Source: a bacterium
Lineage (GTDB): Bacteria; Hinthialibacterota; Hinthialibacteria; Hinthialibacterales; Hinthialibacteraceae
Assembly: GCA_041946805.1 (NCBI GenBank)
Contig: JBHGBC010000001.1
Span: 32,001-96,000 of the forward strand
DNA length: 64,000 nucleotides
Direction: 5' to 3'
Shown: piece by piece, positions 37,636-47,419 of the stretch
Position numbering within the stretch: position 1 is the stretch's first letter
How the letters are laid out: the number at the start of each line of letters is the position of its first letter
Program-made: the position numbers and the translations under genes
Notes under the pieces: generated by a model
Seen by the model: the letters and a program-made list of their open reading frames with translations, nothing else
Told to the model about the DNA's origin: nothing
Databases searched by the model: none

Positions 37636-40600
37636 TCCGGTTGGTGGCGGAGAGGGCGTTGATTTCGGGATAATACATGCACCAGCCGTACGCCGGATTG
37701 GCGCGGAAACGGCCGGGCAGTTCGGTGCGGATGAGATATTCGATCCGTGTTTCGCCCTCTCCCACTTCATCCAGGAAGAAAACCATTTTCTGGTCCCGCC
37801 GCTCGTAGTGCGAATACGGTTCCCAAGAACCCTCCACGTTGCTGGTGAAGAACGACTCGATCACCTCGCAGCCGCTGGGCAGCGGGTCCTCAACGATCAT
37901 ATAGGGTAGATCCCGCTTGGCCTCGATGACCAGGGTGACGAGGATCTCCTGCCCGACTTTCAAGGAATCATCGGGCGGGAAGCCCTGGGGCAACAGTTTG
38001 GGACGCCCGCGGTAGTCCTTGGTGTGCAGGGCCGTCTCGTACAGCCGGGTCATCTTGAAATACTCGTTCGGTGTAGGCTGGAGCAACTCGCCGTGATGGA
38101 AGAGCGTGCTGTTCAGCGCCCAGAATCCCACCGGCCGCGCCATTTCGAGGGTGATGGTATTCGTTCCGGCTTGCGGATTCAGCGGCGTCACCACCGGTTT
38201 GGTGTAGTCGTTCTTGGTGAGGGCGCCTTCCTGGACGGTCTGGCCGTTCAGCCGCAGGGTGTAGGGAAGATCGGCGAATTCCTGCGCGGGTTTTTCCGTC
38301 CGGATGATCCGGGTGAGCGCCTTGATCACCAACGCCGTCTCCCGGGTGGAGCGCCAGCGGTTGCCCCGGCGGCGGTCTACCAGCCACTGGCTGATTTTGT
38401 CCGTGGTGGCGTCCACGCCGCGCAGCTCGAGCAGCGCCATGAGCCCCCAAGCGGTGGTTTCGACCGCCGTCCCGCTCCATTGCCACACCTGGCCGGGATC
38501 CACCTGCCAGGCGGCATGGCGTTCGGAGAGGTTTTGCAGGTGGCTCAGCAGCAGGTCGAGCATTTCGTTGGCTTCCTTGTCCTTCTGCTTGCCGTGCAGG
38601 GCCAGGGCGCTGACCGCCAGGCCGAAGTCGAACATCTCGTTCCGGTTCGTGTAGAGCGTGTTCAGCGCGAAATCATCGGCCTGGCCGTTTTGGCCGAGAA
38701 CATAGGTGAGGTACGCCTGCGTGTCCCACTCGCGGACCGAGGTCACCGTGTTTTTCAGGTAATTCATGGCAATGTCGATCCGGCCGGATTCGACCGGATA
38801 GCCGAGCCGGTCCGCCTGCAGGAGGCTGTCCACCACGAACGCGGTGAGCATGGGTTCTTCTTCACTGCCCTGGAACCAGCCCCAGCCGCCTTCGGGCCCC
38901 TGCATCGCGTAGATCCGTTGAAGTGTCTTTTCGACCTGCTCTCCGATTGATTCCATCCGTTGTTCCATCTCCGCGGGCAGGGCGTTCATGTCCCGCAGCG
39001 CGTGAAGCAGAAGAATATTGGGCAGGTAGCCGTTGATGGTCTGCTCGATGCACCCATAGGGGAAGGTGGTCAGGTAGGGCATCGCCCCCAGGGCCACGCC
39101 GGCCAGGGACGGCGTGAAAGTGAATTCGAACTTGGACGATCCGGGCAAAACATCTTCCCCGAGATCGCAGGGAATCTCGGTGGAGGCGCCGGTGATCTTG
39201 CCGCCGCGGGCTTGGTCTTCCCGGTAGCCCAGGGGAAGAACCGGGGCAGACAGTTCGAGGGCGTCCTCGTCCTCCTTGCCCTTGGCCTGGAAGACGAACG
39301 TGGCCGTGGGGGAGGCGGCGTTGACCGTGAGGCCCCAGAGTTCGCGGGCCACCGCGCCGGCGGCCGCCTGGGTGGTCTTGGTATCCGCTTCCTGGAGCGC
39401 CACGCCCCCGCTGACCGCCAGTTGAGTCTGGATTTCCGGCAGATTTTCAGTGGTCAGATTGTTGACCTGCGTGGAGATTTGCAGTTCGTCCTGTTCCAGG
39501 AAGAAGCGGGGCAACGCCAGGCGCGCCACCAGTTCCTTGGTGACCTGGGTGGAGGACTTGGTCCAGCCCACCTCGGTGTTCTTGGTGTGGGCGCGGGACG
39601 TGAGCCGCCAGGTGGTCAGGTTGTCGGGATAATACACGTCGGCCGTGGCTTCGCCCTTTTCATCGGTGTAGATGTCGGCGATCCACACCGCCGTGTCGCG
39701 GAAATCCTTGCGGACATCCGCCTGGATGCCCTTGTTCGCCCCGCCGTAGTAATTGATCGGGTACGAGAAACTGGTGGAGACCCAGTTGGCCTGCTTGTCG
39801 TAAAACACCTGGTGGATATCGGGCGTGTGATCGCGCCGGATGGCGAAGATGGCCTCGTCCACCACCGCCAGGCTCACTTCGGCGGGGACGGGCGTGCCGT
39901 CGGGCAGCGTGGTCTTGATGGTCACGTGGCCGGTTTCGCGCGGTTTGTAGGTGGTCCGGTCGGACGTGAGTTCGACCTTCAGATCCCCCCGCTTCTCGGG
40001 AATGTTGAGAACATATTCCCGCGTGGAGAGATTGATCCCCCGCGGCATGAACAGGCCGATGAACACATTGGGCGCGTATTCGGGCAGGATGGGGATGGTA
40101 ACCCGCGTGGTTTTGCCCGACGGCCAGATCACCCGGTGGGACAGGATGTCGCGCGACTCGATGGTCAAGACCACCGGATTTTCGGGGTATTGCGTGTTGA
40201 GGAGCAGAACGGCTTCCTCGCCGGGCTGGTAGGCCTTCTTGTCCAGGATGCCCTCGAGCGCGGGGTATTCGAAATCGAAGCTGCCCGCCCCTTCCACCAT
40301 CCGCCACACGCGCGCGGCGGCGGTGATTTCGTTGCCCTGCTCATCCGTCCCGTGGACTTCCACTTCGATGCGGCCGCTGATCTTCGTGTCGGGCAGCCAT
40401 TCCACCCGGCCCAGGCCGTTCGCGTCCGTGTTTACCTTGAAACTGGCCTGGGGCGCGGCGGGCCGCACGTAGGTGCGCTGCACGGGGTTCCAGACTTCCT
40501 GGACGAAATCCACCTCCAGGGCGGCCGTGACCGGTTGGCCGTCATGCGTCAAGGTTTCCAATTCAACGGACAGCGGCGTGTCCCGGTCAAAGACGTCGCG

Positions 40601-42841
40601 CGACGGCCGGGCGAGAATGTAGTACATCCCCACGCCCACTGGCGCCGCCTCGCTGGTGGTCACCTTGCGCCCCGACGCCTCCTGCACTTCCACCTCGACC
40701 GTCACGCGGCGGTCGCGCGAGGCCCGCGGGGGAACGTACTCGATCCGCGCCATGCCTTCCGCGTCGGTTTTGGTTTCCCCGCTGAACAGAAAGCGGGAAT
40801 AGGAGGAAGGAAACTCGCGCGCCCCGCTGCCGGCGGCCAGCGTCTCGTAGAACCGGTAGCGGACCTCCGCGTTGGGCACCGCCCCGCCGAAATAGTATTC
40901 CGCCCGGATGGCGAAACTCAGAATCTCGCCGTTGATGTAAAACGGCTTGGCCGGTTCCACTTTCACGAGAAACTCCGGCTTGCGGTATTCCTCCACGAAG
41001 AAATGGATCGACTTTTTCGGATTGTCTCCGATGGCCGCCGTGAGATTGTAACTGCCCAGGGGCGTGTCCTTCGGCATGTCCAGCGAACCGTTCACGGAGC
41101 CCCATTCGTTGAGGGTTAGTTCGGCGGTGTGGATCACTTCGCCTTCGGGATTCGAGACTTCGATCTGCGCCGTGGCCCCCGCCGGGATGGTGTAGTCCCG
41201 CTGGTTCTTGTCGCGGAAGACCGCCTTGTAATATACGGTTTGCCCGGGCCGGTACACGGGCCGGTCGGTGTAAGGGTAAATTGTCCGGTTTTCGGACGAG
41301 ATCAGCCCGCTCTTGTAAATGGGCGAAATGGCGAAATGGCCGTCAGGAGACAGGGCCAGCACATCGCCCGTGGAAAAAGCCAGGTTGTGCTTCAGGACCA
41401 GGATGCCCTGCTCGTCGGTTTCCCCGCTCCACTCGATTTTCGTTTCGTCGGTATTCTGCAGCACCTGCGACCAGCCCGGCGTCAGGTTGACATCGAACGC
41501 GCGCGGCTGGATCTTGACCTTGGCCCCGCGCACCGGCATGTTGGTCTTGAGATGGGTGGCGTACACGAACGTGGAATTTTCGCCCCGCTTGACGATGATC
41601 CCCAACTCGGTGACAAAAAACAAAGCGCGGTGCTCCACTTTCTCTAGCGTGCTGTACGCCCGCAAAACGTAGGCCCCGTGCGGCAGGCGTTGGGGCGCCT
41701 TGATATCCTTGTCCACCCAGACGTAGGGATTGGTGAGTGGCACTTCCTCCACCCAATGCAGGACGGATTTGAACGGAGAGAGGTCCTGCTTTTGCAGCAT
41801 GGCCCGCGTGTCGGCTTTCTCTTGCAGGAAAACGGGCAGGGGAATTTCACGGATGTCGCATTCGTATTGCCCGACGCGGAAAGTGCGCATCTGGAAGGCC
41901 ACGTCCTGATCGGGCAGGAACACGTCGCGCTGCAGGTTGATGGAAATGGAGGGAGGCAGCGCCTGCAGGCCGATCACCACGCCGGTGCGGCTCTCGCCCT
42001 CTTTCAGTTGGATGGCGTCCGCCGATTCGTAGGGCCGGAAGCCGGCGGGATTGGACTGCAGCTGGTAGGTTCCCGGAAGCAGGCCGGCGATGGAGAAAAA
42101 GCCGTCTTCATCGCTGGTTCCCACTTGCTGGGACGCCCCCCGCGCGGCGACCTCGATGTCCCGCAACGGCGAATCGCTGCCTTCCAGGCGCACCACGCCG
42201 GTGATGCCGGCGGGGCGGTAGAGCTTGATGGTATAGCTTTTCTCCTCGCCCGGCTGGGGACGGATCCCCACAATCTGCTCGCCGATGTACCCGCCGAGGG
42301 AGATGTCCAGCGAATAGATGTTGGGCGGCATGGAGGCGAAAACGAACTCGCCCTTCTCGTCGGTGAACAGCGATTCCTCGTATTGGATCATGCTGAAATT
42401 GCCGCCTTGGAAGGACAATTTCACTTGGGCGTTGCTCACGGGGGTGGATCCGTCGCTGAAGACCACCTGGCCCTTGAGGGTCGCGCCGCGGATGAGCGCG
42501 ATGTTCAAGTCGATGGCGTTCTGGTTGTCGGGGAACCGCCAACGGTTCATCTCGTAGGTACAATAGCCTTCCTTCACCACGGCCAGGTCGTAGGGAATGT
42601 TGGAGCGCACGTCCGTGAAGGAAAACTTGCCGTCCGCGTTGGTGGTGGTCACGAAGTACCCGGTCCCGTAGTTGGAGTTGGTCAATTCGACCTTGGCGCC
42701 CGCGACGGGCTGCTGGGCGGTCTCATCGATGACAGTGCCCGAGATGGTAACGGATGCGGCATACGCGCCCGGAACCCAGACGGCCAACAGGACCAAACCG
42801 GACAACCACAGGACGGCGGACGGCAAACGGCGGGCGTTCAT
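37622..42841 (-). CDS. Alpha-2-macroglobulin family protein with N-terminal carboxypeptidase-regulatory-like repeats
   Basis: YTDRPVYRPG, EEYRKP, AVVDEA, RKDFRDTA, PDNLTTW, thioester PYGCIEQT, GGWGWF, EDPLPSG; GGAGG RBS. Confidence 0.95.
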   Translation of the reverse strand: MNARRLPSAVLWLSGLVLLAVWVPGAYAASVTISGTVIDETAQQPVAGAKVELTNSNYGTGYFVTTTNADGKFSFTDVRSNIPYDLAVVKEGYCTYEMNRWRFPDNQNAIDLNIALIRGATLKGQVVFSDGSTPVSNAQVKLSFQGGNFSMIQYEESLFTDEKGEFVFASMPPNIYSLDISLGGYIGEQIVGIRPQPGEEKSYTIKLYRPAGITGVVRLEGSDSPLRDIEVAARGASQQVGTSDEDGFFSIAGLLPGTYQLQSNPAGFRPYESADAIQLKEGESRTGVVIGLQALPPSISINLQRDVFLPDQDVAFQMRTFRVGQYECDIREIPLPVFLQEKADTRAMLQKQDLSPFKSVLHWVEEVPLTNPYVWVDKDIKAPQRLPHGAYVLRAYSTLEKVEHRALFFVTELGIIVKRGENSTFVYATHLKTNMPVRGAKVKIQPRAFDVNLTPGWSQVLQNTDETKIEWSGETDEQGILVLKHNLAFSTGDVLALSPDGHFAISPIYKSGLISSENRTIYPYTDRPVYRPGQTVYYKAVFRDKNQRDYTIPAGATAQIEVSNPEGEVIHTAELTLNEWGSVNGSLDMPKDTPLGSYNLTAAIGDNPKKSIHFFVEEYRKPEFLVKVEPAKPFYINGEILSFAIRAEYYFGGAVPNAEVRYRFYETLAAGSGAREFPSSYSRFLFSGETKTDAEGMARIEYVPPRASRDRRVTVEVEVQEASGRKVTTSEAAPVGVGMYYILARPSRDVFDRDTPLSVELETLTHDGQPVTAALEVDFVQEVWNPVQRTYVRPAAPQASFKVNTDANGLGRVEWLPDTKISGRIEVEVHGTDEQGNEITAAARVWRMVEGAGSFDFEYPALEGILDKKAYQPGEEAVLLLNTQYPENPVVLTIESRDILSHRVIWPSGKTTRVTIPILPEYAPNVFIGLFMPRGINLSTREYVLNIPEKRGDLKVELTSDRTTYKPRETGHVTIKTTLPDGTPVPAEVSLAVVDEAIFAIRRDHTPDIHQVFYDKQANWVSTSFSYPINYYGGANKGIQADVRKDFRDTAVWIADIYTDEKGEATADVYYPDNLTTWRLTSRAHTKNTEVGWTKSSTQVTKELVARLALPRFFLEQDELQISTQVNNLTTENLPEIQTQLAVSGGVALQEADTKTTQAAAGAVARELWGLTVNAASPTATFVFQAKGKEDEDALELSAPVLPLGYREDQARGGKITGASTEIPCDLGEDVLPGSSKFEFTFTPSLAGVALGAMPYLTTFPYGCIEQTINGYLPNILLLHALRDMNALPAEMEQRMESIGEQVEKTLQRIYAMQGPEGGWGWFQGSEEEPMLTAFVVDSLLQADRLGYPVESGRIDIAMNYLKNTVTSVREWDTQAYLTYVLGQNGQADDFALNTLYTNRNEMFDFGLAVSALALHGKQKDKEANEMLDLLLSHLQNLSERHAAWQVDPGQVWQWSGTAVETTAWGLMALLELRGVDATTDKISQWLVDRRRGNRWRSTRETALVIKALTRIIRTEKPAQEFADLPYTLRLNGQTVQEGALTKNDYTKPVVTPLNPQAGTNTITLEMARPVGFWALNSTLFHHGELLQPTPNEYFKMTRLYETALHTKDYRGRPKLLPQGFPPDDSLKVGQEILVTLVIEAKRDLPYMIVEDPLPSGCEVIESFFTSNVEGSWEPYSHYERRDQKMVFFLDEVGEGETRIEYLIRTELPGRFRANPAYGWCMYYPEINALSATNRITVK

Positions 42842-43324
42842 GGAAATACCTCCCAATATGAAAAATGATGATGATGATGATGTCACGGTTTTATGGATAC
42901 CGGCTTCGGATACGGCACTCATGTAGATTTTCCCTCGCCCCAAGGGCTGATCTTTACCCACGACAGGATGCCCTCTCCGCGAAAGCGAAGATCCAGGTCC
43001 TGTCGGCGGGCTATGCCGCGCTTTGCGCTCCCCGCAGTTGCTTTTTTATGGCTCATCCGCCACGAGTGTACCTTTTCCCCCGGGGGACCGGTTTCTCATG
43101 AATCAGGCCTGAGAGAACCACCCCCATTTTCCCTCTCCCCTTGGGTGAGGGTTAGGGTGAGGGAAGCCCTGAAAGGGCGGAATAACGGCTCTCCGCGCAA
43201 TCGGTTAATCCATTCCATATGGGTATTTTTGGCTATGTTTGAAAAACTCAACAAAACCCAAAGATATTCCAATTTTATTTTCCCTCTCCTTCAAATCCCG
43301 CCTATTCTATTCTATATCCAGAAT

Positions 43325-44032
43325 TCACTCGCCATTTTTCTTTTTTTCTCCCCGTTTCGCGTCCGCGGGGGACCGTCTCCAAGGCTCGCTGACCACCACG
43401 ACCGGAAACGCGGCGTAGACAGCCGGTTCCTCCTTGGGTTTTTTCATCTGCCGGTGGAGAAACGATAATCCCCACGACAGGGTTTTGGCTTCCCCGGGCA
43501 GCAGGACCGCTTCCCGCCCGTTCCAGCGGGCGATCAGCCCCTCCCGCCAGATGTCGGCGGCCTCCGGATCGTCCAGGTGCCGCGCCGCGCCGGTGAAGGT
43601 GACCACGAACCGTAATGCATCCAGCTCGTAGGGATCCAAGGGCGGATGCCGGGGATCTTCCGACACAAGCCGCCGGCATTGCTGGGCGATTTCATCCCCC
43701 AGCGTGGGCCCGGTGGGAGCGAAGGTCCCCACGCAGGCGCGCACCTGCCGGCCTTTCATGGCCGTGACAAACACCCCGGCGGCCTGGTCCAGCCACGGAA
43801 AACGGGTATTCGTGGCCGGGAGCGGCTCTCCCGCCGCCAGCGCGCTCACCGTGGTCCGGACGAAGGCCAACAGCGCGGGGCCTTCGGGGCCTTTCGCCCA
43901 CTCGGTGTAGGCCTGGAGCGCTTCCCCGGGATTGGGAGAGGGAACGATCAGGACAGAGGCTGGGAATCCCGGGGCGGGCAGCGCCGCGGTCATCGTCAGG
44001 ATCAAGCTGGAAAAGAGACTCAAACGGTTCAT
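43325..44032 (-). CDS. AMMECR1-domain protein with apparent signal peptide
   Basis: GVFVT..RACVGT, EDPRHPPL, EGLI..AVLLP; hydrophobic N-terminus. Confidence 0.82.
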   Translation of the reverse strand: MNRLSLFSSLILTMTAALPAPGFPASVLIVPSPNPGEALQAYTEWAKGPEGPALLAFVRTTVSALAAGEPLPATNTRFPWLDQAAGVFVTAMKGRQVRACVGTFAPTGPTLGDEIAQQCRRLVSEDPRHPPLDPYELDALRFVVTFTGAARHLDDPEAADIWREGLIARWNGREAVLLPGEAKTLSWGLSFLHRQMKKPKEEPAVYAAFPVVVVSEPWRRSPADAKRGEKKKNGE

Positions 44033-44742
44033 GGTTCCCGGGGAGTTTGCACAATGCGGGCTGGATAATAATCGGTGTGAATGAGTTGCCGGGCGAGGAT
44101 TTTTCCTTCTTTCTGGCGGATCCGGTAGAGTTTGATTTCGATTCCCGGCTCGGAGGTTTCATCGGGATGCGGACTGGGCGATTCCACGATCTCGGTTTCC
44201 AACCGCAGTTCGTCCGCGAGGGGTTGTTCACCATAAATCTGGAAGGTGAGGGTGGAATCGGAAACCCGGCCGATGATTTGCACGCTGCCGGGCGAGGTGT
44301 TGCGGAAACGGAAATCCTTGGTTCCCCAGCTGATGGTGGCGTCCATGCCGAGGGGAAGGTAGTTGACGGGCGTGTAATGGCGATGCCGCTCCACCACCTT
44401 CAAATCCGAGAGCAGCACGGCGTTGAACAGGGTGGAGGAGACCTGGCAGATCCCGCCGCCGGTCACGGGGCGCAGGGCTTCATGCACGATGGCGGGCGCG
44501 GGCAGAAAACCCGCGGCCCGGGTGCGCGGCCCGACAGTTTGATTGTAGGAAAAGGTCTCGCCCGGAAGCAGGATTTTGCCCGAGATTTTCTCGACGGCGG
44601 CGCGGATGTTTTGAATCCGTTCGGGCGTGCTTCCCGCCAGCGGGGAGGAGCAACTGCCCAGTAGGAATGGCAGTTGGATATCAGCCGAAACGCTGTCCAG
44701 GGGCAGTAAAAGAATCAACAGGCGGAAGAACCATCTCCACAT
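44029..44742 (-). CDS. VanW family protein
   Basis: PGETFSYNQTVGPRT, GGGICQVSSTLFNA, ERHRH, LGMDAT, DFRFRN. Confidence 0.92.
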   Translation of the reverse strand: MWRWFFRLLILLLPLDSVSADIQLPFLLGSCSSPLAGSTPERIQNIRAAVEKISGKILLPGETFSYNQTVGPRTRAAGFLPAPAIVHEALRPVTGGGICQVSSTLFNAVLLSDLKVVERHRHYTPVNYLPLGMDATISWGTKDFRFRNTSPGSVQIIGRVSDSTLTFQIYGEQPLADELRLETEIVESPSPHPDETSEPGIEIKLYRIRQKEGKILARQLIHTDYYPARIVQTPREP

Positions 44743-44810
44743 TGTTGGGATCACGATACCCCACCCCCACGGCATGGTGTTTCAATCAGCTGACGAAATT
44801 CCAGCCTCTT

Positions 44811-46088
44811 TTATTCATCCTTCACCGATTCATCCGCCGGATCGGAAACATCCTCGCCCTCACCCGCCTTGGGAGTATTCAGTTTCACCAGCAGGCGGAA
44901 ATCCATCCGGTCCAGCAGGCGGTTGACGGTTTCACTTTCCAGGATCCAGTTCGAATCCGTTCCCCGCGGCAGGTTCCGGTTCCGTTGCCGCTGCTCGACC
45001 ATCTCTTGGAAAAGCCGGTCCGCCTTTTGATACCGCCGGTAGGCCTCGGTTTTTTGGATCACCTCTTCTTTTTTGTTGAACCCCCGCGCGTAAGCCAACC
45101 GCAGCAGGGCTTGCCGGTATTCCTCGTCCGGTTCGCCGCCATCCTCGGCCAGATTGGGAGGCAGCCCGACGGCTTCATAGCGGTGGATGGTCCGTTTGTT
45201 CTCTTCCAGAATGGTCCGGATCTTGGATTTGCACTCCTCGAAGGGAATCAAGCCTTCCGGTTGTTCGTCCAGCAATTGTATGAAATGCGTGCTTTGCCCC
45301 ACGAGAACCGGCCCGGTGATTTCACCGACGTCCAGGGCCCACAAGGCTTGATCGAAGTTTTGATGCAACGCCCCCCGCCGCACCCAGCCCAGTACGCCGC
45401 CCCGGTTATTCCCGATCGCGCCGCATTCCTCCGCCAGGGATTGAAAGTCTTCCCCCTGGCGCAGCCGCTCCACAATCCTGGACAATACCGGCCGCCCGGC
45501 TTCCGCTTCCTCCGTCGCGCCGCGGGATTCGCCGGACAACATGATATACCGGGCCAGGCGCTTCCCTTCACGGTGGAACAGGTCCGGATTATCCACATAG
45601 TAGGCCAGCATCTCTTCTTGAGTCACGAGGGGGGAGAAGCGGGCCAGTTCGTTTTCCAGGGATTCGGCCATGATCTCCTCGCGGTATTTTTGGATGGGAT
45701 CCTGGCCTTCGAGGACGTGTTCCGAGTCCGGATAACGGTCCAGATATTTCACGATGGCAATGTGTTTGATGATGTTTTGGATCAACAGCTGGCCCAGGCT
45801 GGAATGCAGCAATTCCAAGTCTTTTTCCACCAGGCCGATGCCCGTTACGTCTTCGGGAGAGAGTTCCAACGCCTGAAGGATGGACCGTTCCTCCTTGGGC
45901 GGATTTTCGAAATAGAACCGCAAATCCTCCCGGGTGACCCGGCCGTCCTCGAACAACGCGATCACGCTCTCCTGGACCAGGCGGTCCATCCATGCGCGGC
46001 GGCTGGACTGGTAATATTGGCCGTACACCAGCGCGGCGAACACCGGCAGGCACAAAAACAGAATCGACAGGCGGACTTGCTTTCTCAT
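44811..46088 (-). CDS. PpiC/parvulin-type peptidyl-prolyl isomerase, exported or membrane-anchored
   Basis: GEDFQSLA, GGVLGW, GEITGPV..HFIQL. Confidence 0.8.
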   Translation of the reverse strand: MRKQVRLSILFLCLPVFAALVYGQYYQSSRRAWMDRLVQESVIALFEDGRVTREDLRFYFENPPKEERSILQALELSPEDVTGIGLVEKDLELLHSSLGQLLIQNIIKHIAIVKYLDRYPDSEHVLEGQDPIQKYREEIMAESLENELARFSPLVTQEEMLAYYVDNPDLFHREGKRLARYIMLSGESRGATEEAEAGRPVLSRIVERLRQGEDFQSLAEECGAIGNNRGGVLGWVRRGALHQNFDQALWALDVGEITGPVLVGQSTHFIQLLDEQPEGLIPFEECKSKIRTILEENKRTIHRYEAVGLPPNLAEDGGEPDEEYRQALLRLAYARGFNKKEEVIQKTEAYRRYQKADRLFQEMVEQRQRNRNLPRGTDSNWILESETVNRLLDRMDFRLLVKLNTPKAGEGEDVSDPADESVKDE

Positions 46089-46141
46089 GGAACGCTTTCA
46101 GCGGACGGCCGGGACAAGGTACGGGGAAGAATGGATTTCCG

Positions 46142-47146
46142 TCACCCGAGCACTTCTTCCAACAGGGGCAGATCCTCCACCCAGGGATTCCGCCGCCAGG
46201 CGAATTTCTTCAACTCCCGCAGATGAGCGCCGCTCAACAGACGGCCGTCCGAGGGGGCGGTGTTCAGTTCCGCCTGGCGGAGGTTGCGGATCCCGGGGAT
46301 CACGGTGTTCACTTCGGCATGGCTGAGCACCCAGCGCAAGGCCAGTTCCGCCAACGGCATGCCCGGCAGGTTGACATCGGCCCATTCGCGGATTTTTTCC
46401 ACCCGCTGCACGGATGCTTTCAGATTGTCACCATGGAAATAAATGGAACGGAAATCTTCTTCCGGAAACGTCTCGTCCCCCTTGTATTTCCCGGTCAGGG
46501 AGCCTTCATCGTACGGCACGCGGATGATGGTTCCCACGCCCAACTGCCGGCATACCGGCAGCAACGTTTCGCGGGGGTGCTGTTCAAACAAGTTGAAGAT
46601 GACCTGCAGCGTGTCGATCGCGCCCGTTTGCAGGGCCCCGATCACGCATTCCGGATAGCTCTCGGTGGTGGAGATGCCGAACGCCCGGATTTTCCCTTGC
46701 TTCTTGAGATTCTCGCCCAATTCGAAGATTTCGTCGACGGTGTTCCAGGTTTCGCACCATGTATGGAGCTGGTACATGTCGATGCAGTCCGTGCCGAGGT
46801 TCTTCAGGCTGGTCTCCACCCCTTCCCGGATGTAATCCAAGGGGAACGTGCGGGTGTAGGGAGTCCAGGAAGGCGGGCTCCAGACCCGGTCCTTGGGAGG
46901 CAGCTTGGTGGCGACGTAGATCCGTTCTTTCCGTTCCTTCAAGACTTGGCCGATCAGCCGCTCGCTCCGGCCTTCCCCGTAGGCCTGGGCGGTGTCGATG
47001 AAATTGCCCCCCACGTCGAGGTATTTGTGGAGTGCGGCCAGCGATTCCCGGTCGTCCTGCGCGCCCCACCACCCGCCGATCGCCCACGCCCCGAAGCCGA
47101 TTTCCGAGATTTCCCAGCCCAACTTGCCAAAACGCCTGGTTTTCAT
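46142..47146 (-). CDS. Aldo/keto reductase
   Basis: IGFGAW, IDTAQAYG, ATK, DMYQLH, VIPG; AAGGAGG RBS. Confidence 0.93.
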   Translation of the reverse strand: MKTRRFGKLGWEISEIGFGAWAIGGWWGAQDDRESLAALHKYLDVGGNFIDTAQAYGEGRSERLIGQVLKERKERIYVATKLPPKDRVWSPPSWTPYTRTFPLDYIREGVETSLKNLGTDCIDMYQLHTWCETWNTVDEIFELGENLKKQGKIRAFGISTTESYPECVIGALQTGAIDTLQVIFNLFEQHPRETLLPVCRQLGVGTIIRVPYDEGSLTGKYKGDETFPEEDFRSIYFHGDNLKASVQRVEKIREWADVNLPGMPLAELALRWVLSHAEVNTVIPGIRNLRQAELNTAPSDGRLLSGAHLRELKKFAWRRNPWVEDLPLLEEVLG

Positions 47147-47419
47147 TCCAGCCTCCTTATTTTCAGAAGGGCGTCTGTTCAATACGGCGTGCCCGTCCTC
47201 CCGTCCGGTGGGTCAGAAAAAGCCAACTCACCCTACCCTCTCCCTCACGGAGAGGGTCAGGGTGAGGGAATTCCTTGTTTCCGTACCGCCTTTACCATCA
47301 TTTGAACAACGTTTCATCCGCTTGGCGTTGAACAGAACACCGCTCCTCATTTTATAGCCGGAAACGGGAAAGCATCCACCTGGATGCAGGCTTATCGTTC
47401 GATGAATTGATCGCCGGAT

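Noticed and set aside
38960..41119. 719-aa plus-strand ORF, and similar long ORFs at 15888-17675, 28655-30208, 32019-33233 and 44667-46226
   Set aside because: They overlap well-supported genes on the opposite strand, have no recognisable motifs, and are expected from high GC3 codon bias
44945..44962. GTTCGAATCC tRNA T-arm-like motif
   Set aside because: It lies inside the PpiC CDS with no cloverleaf around it
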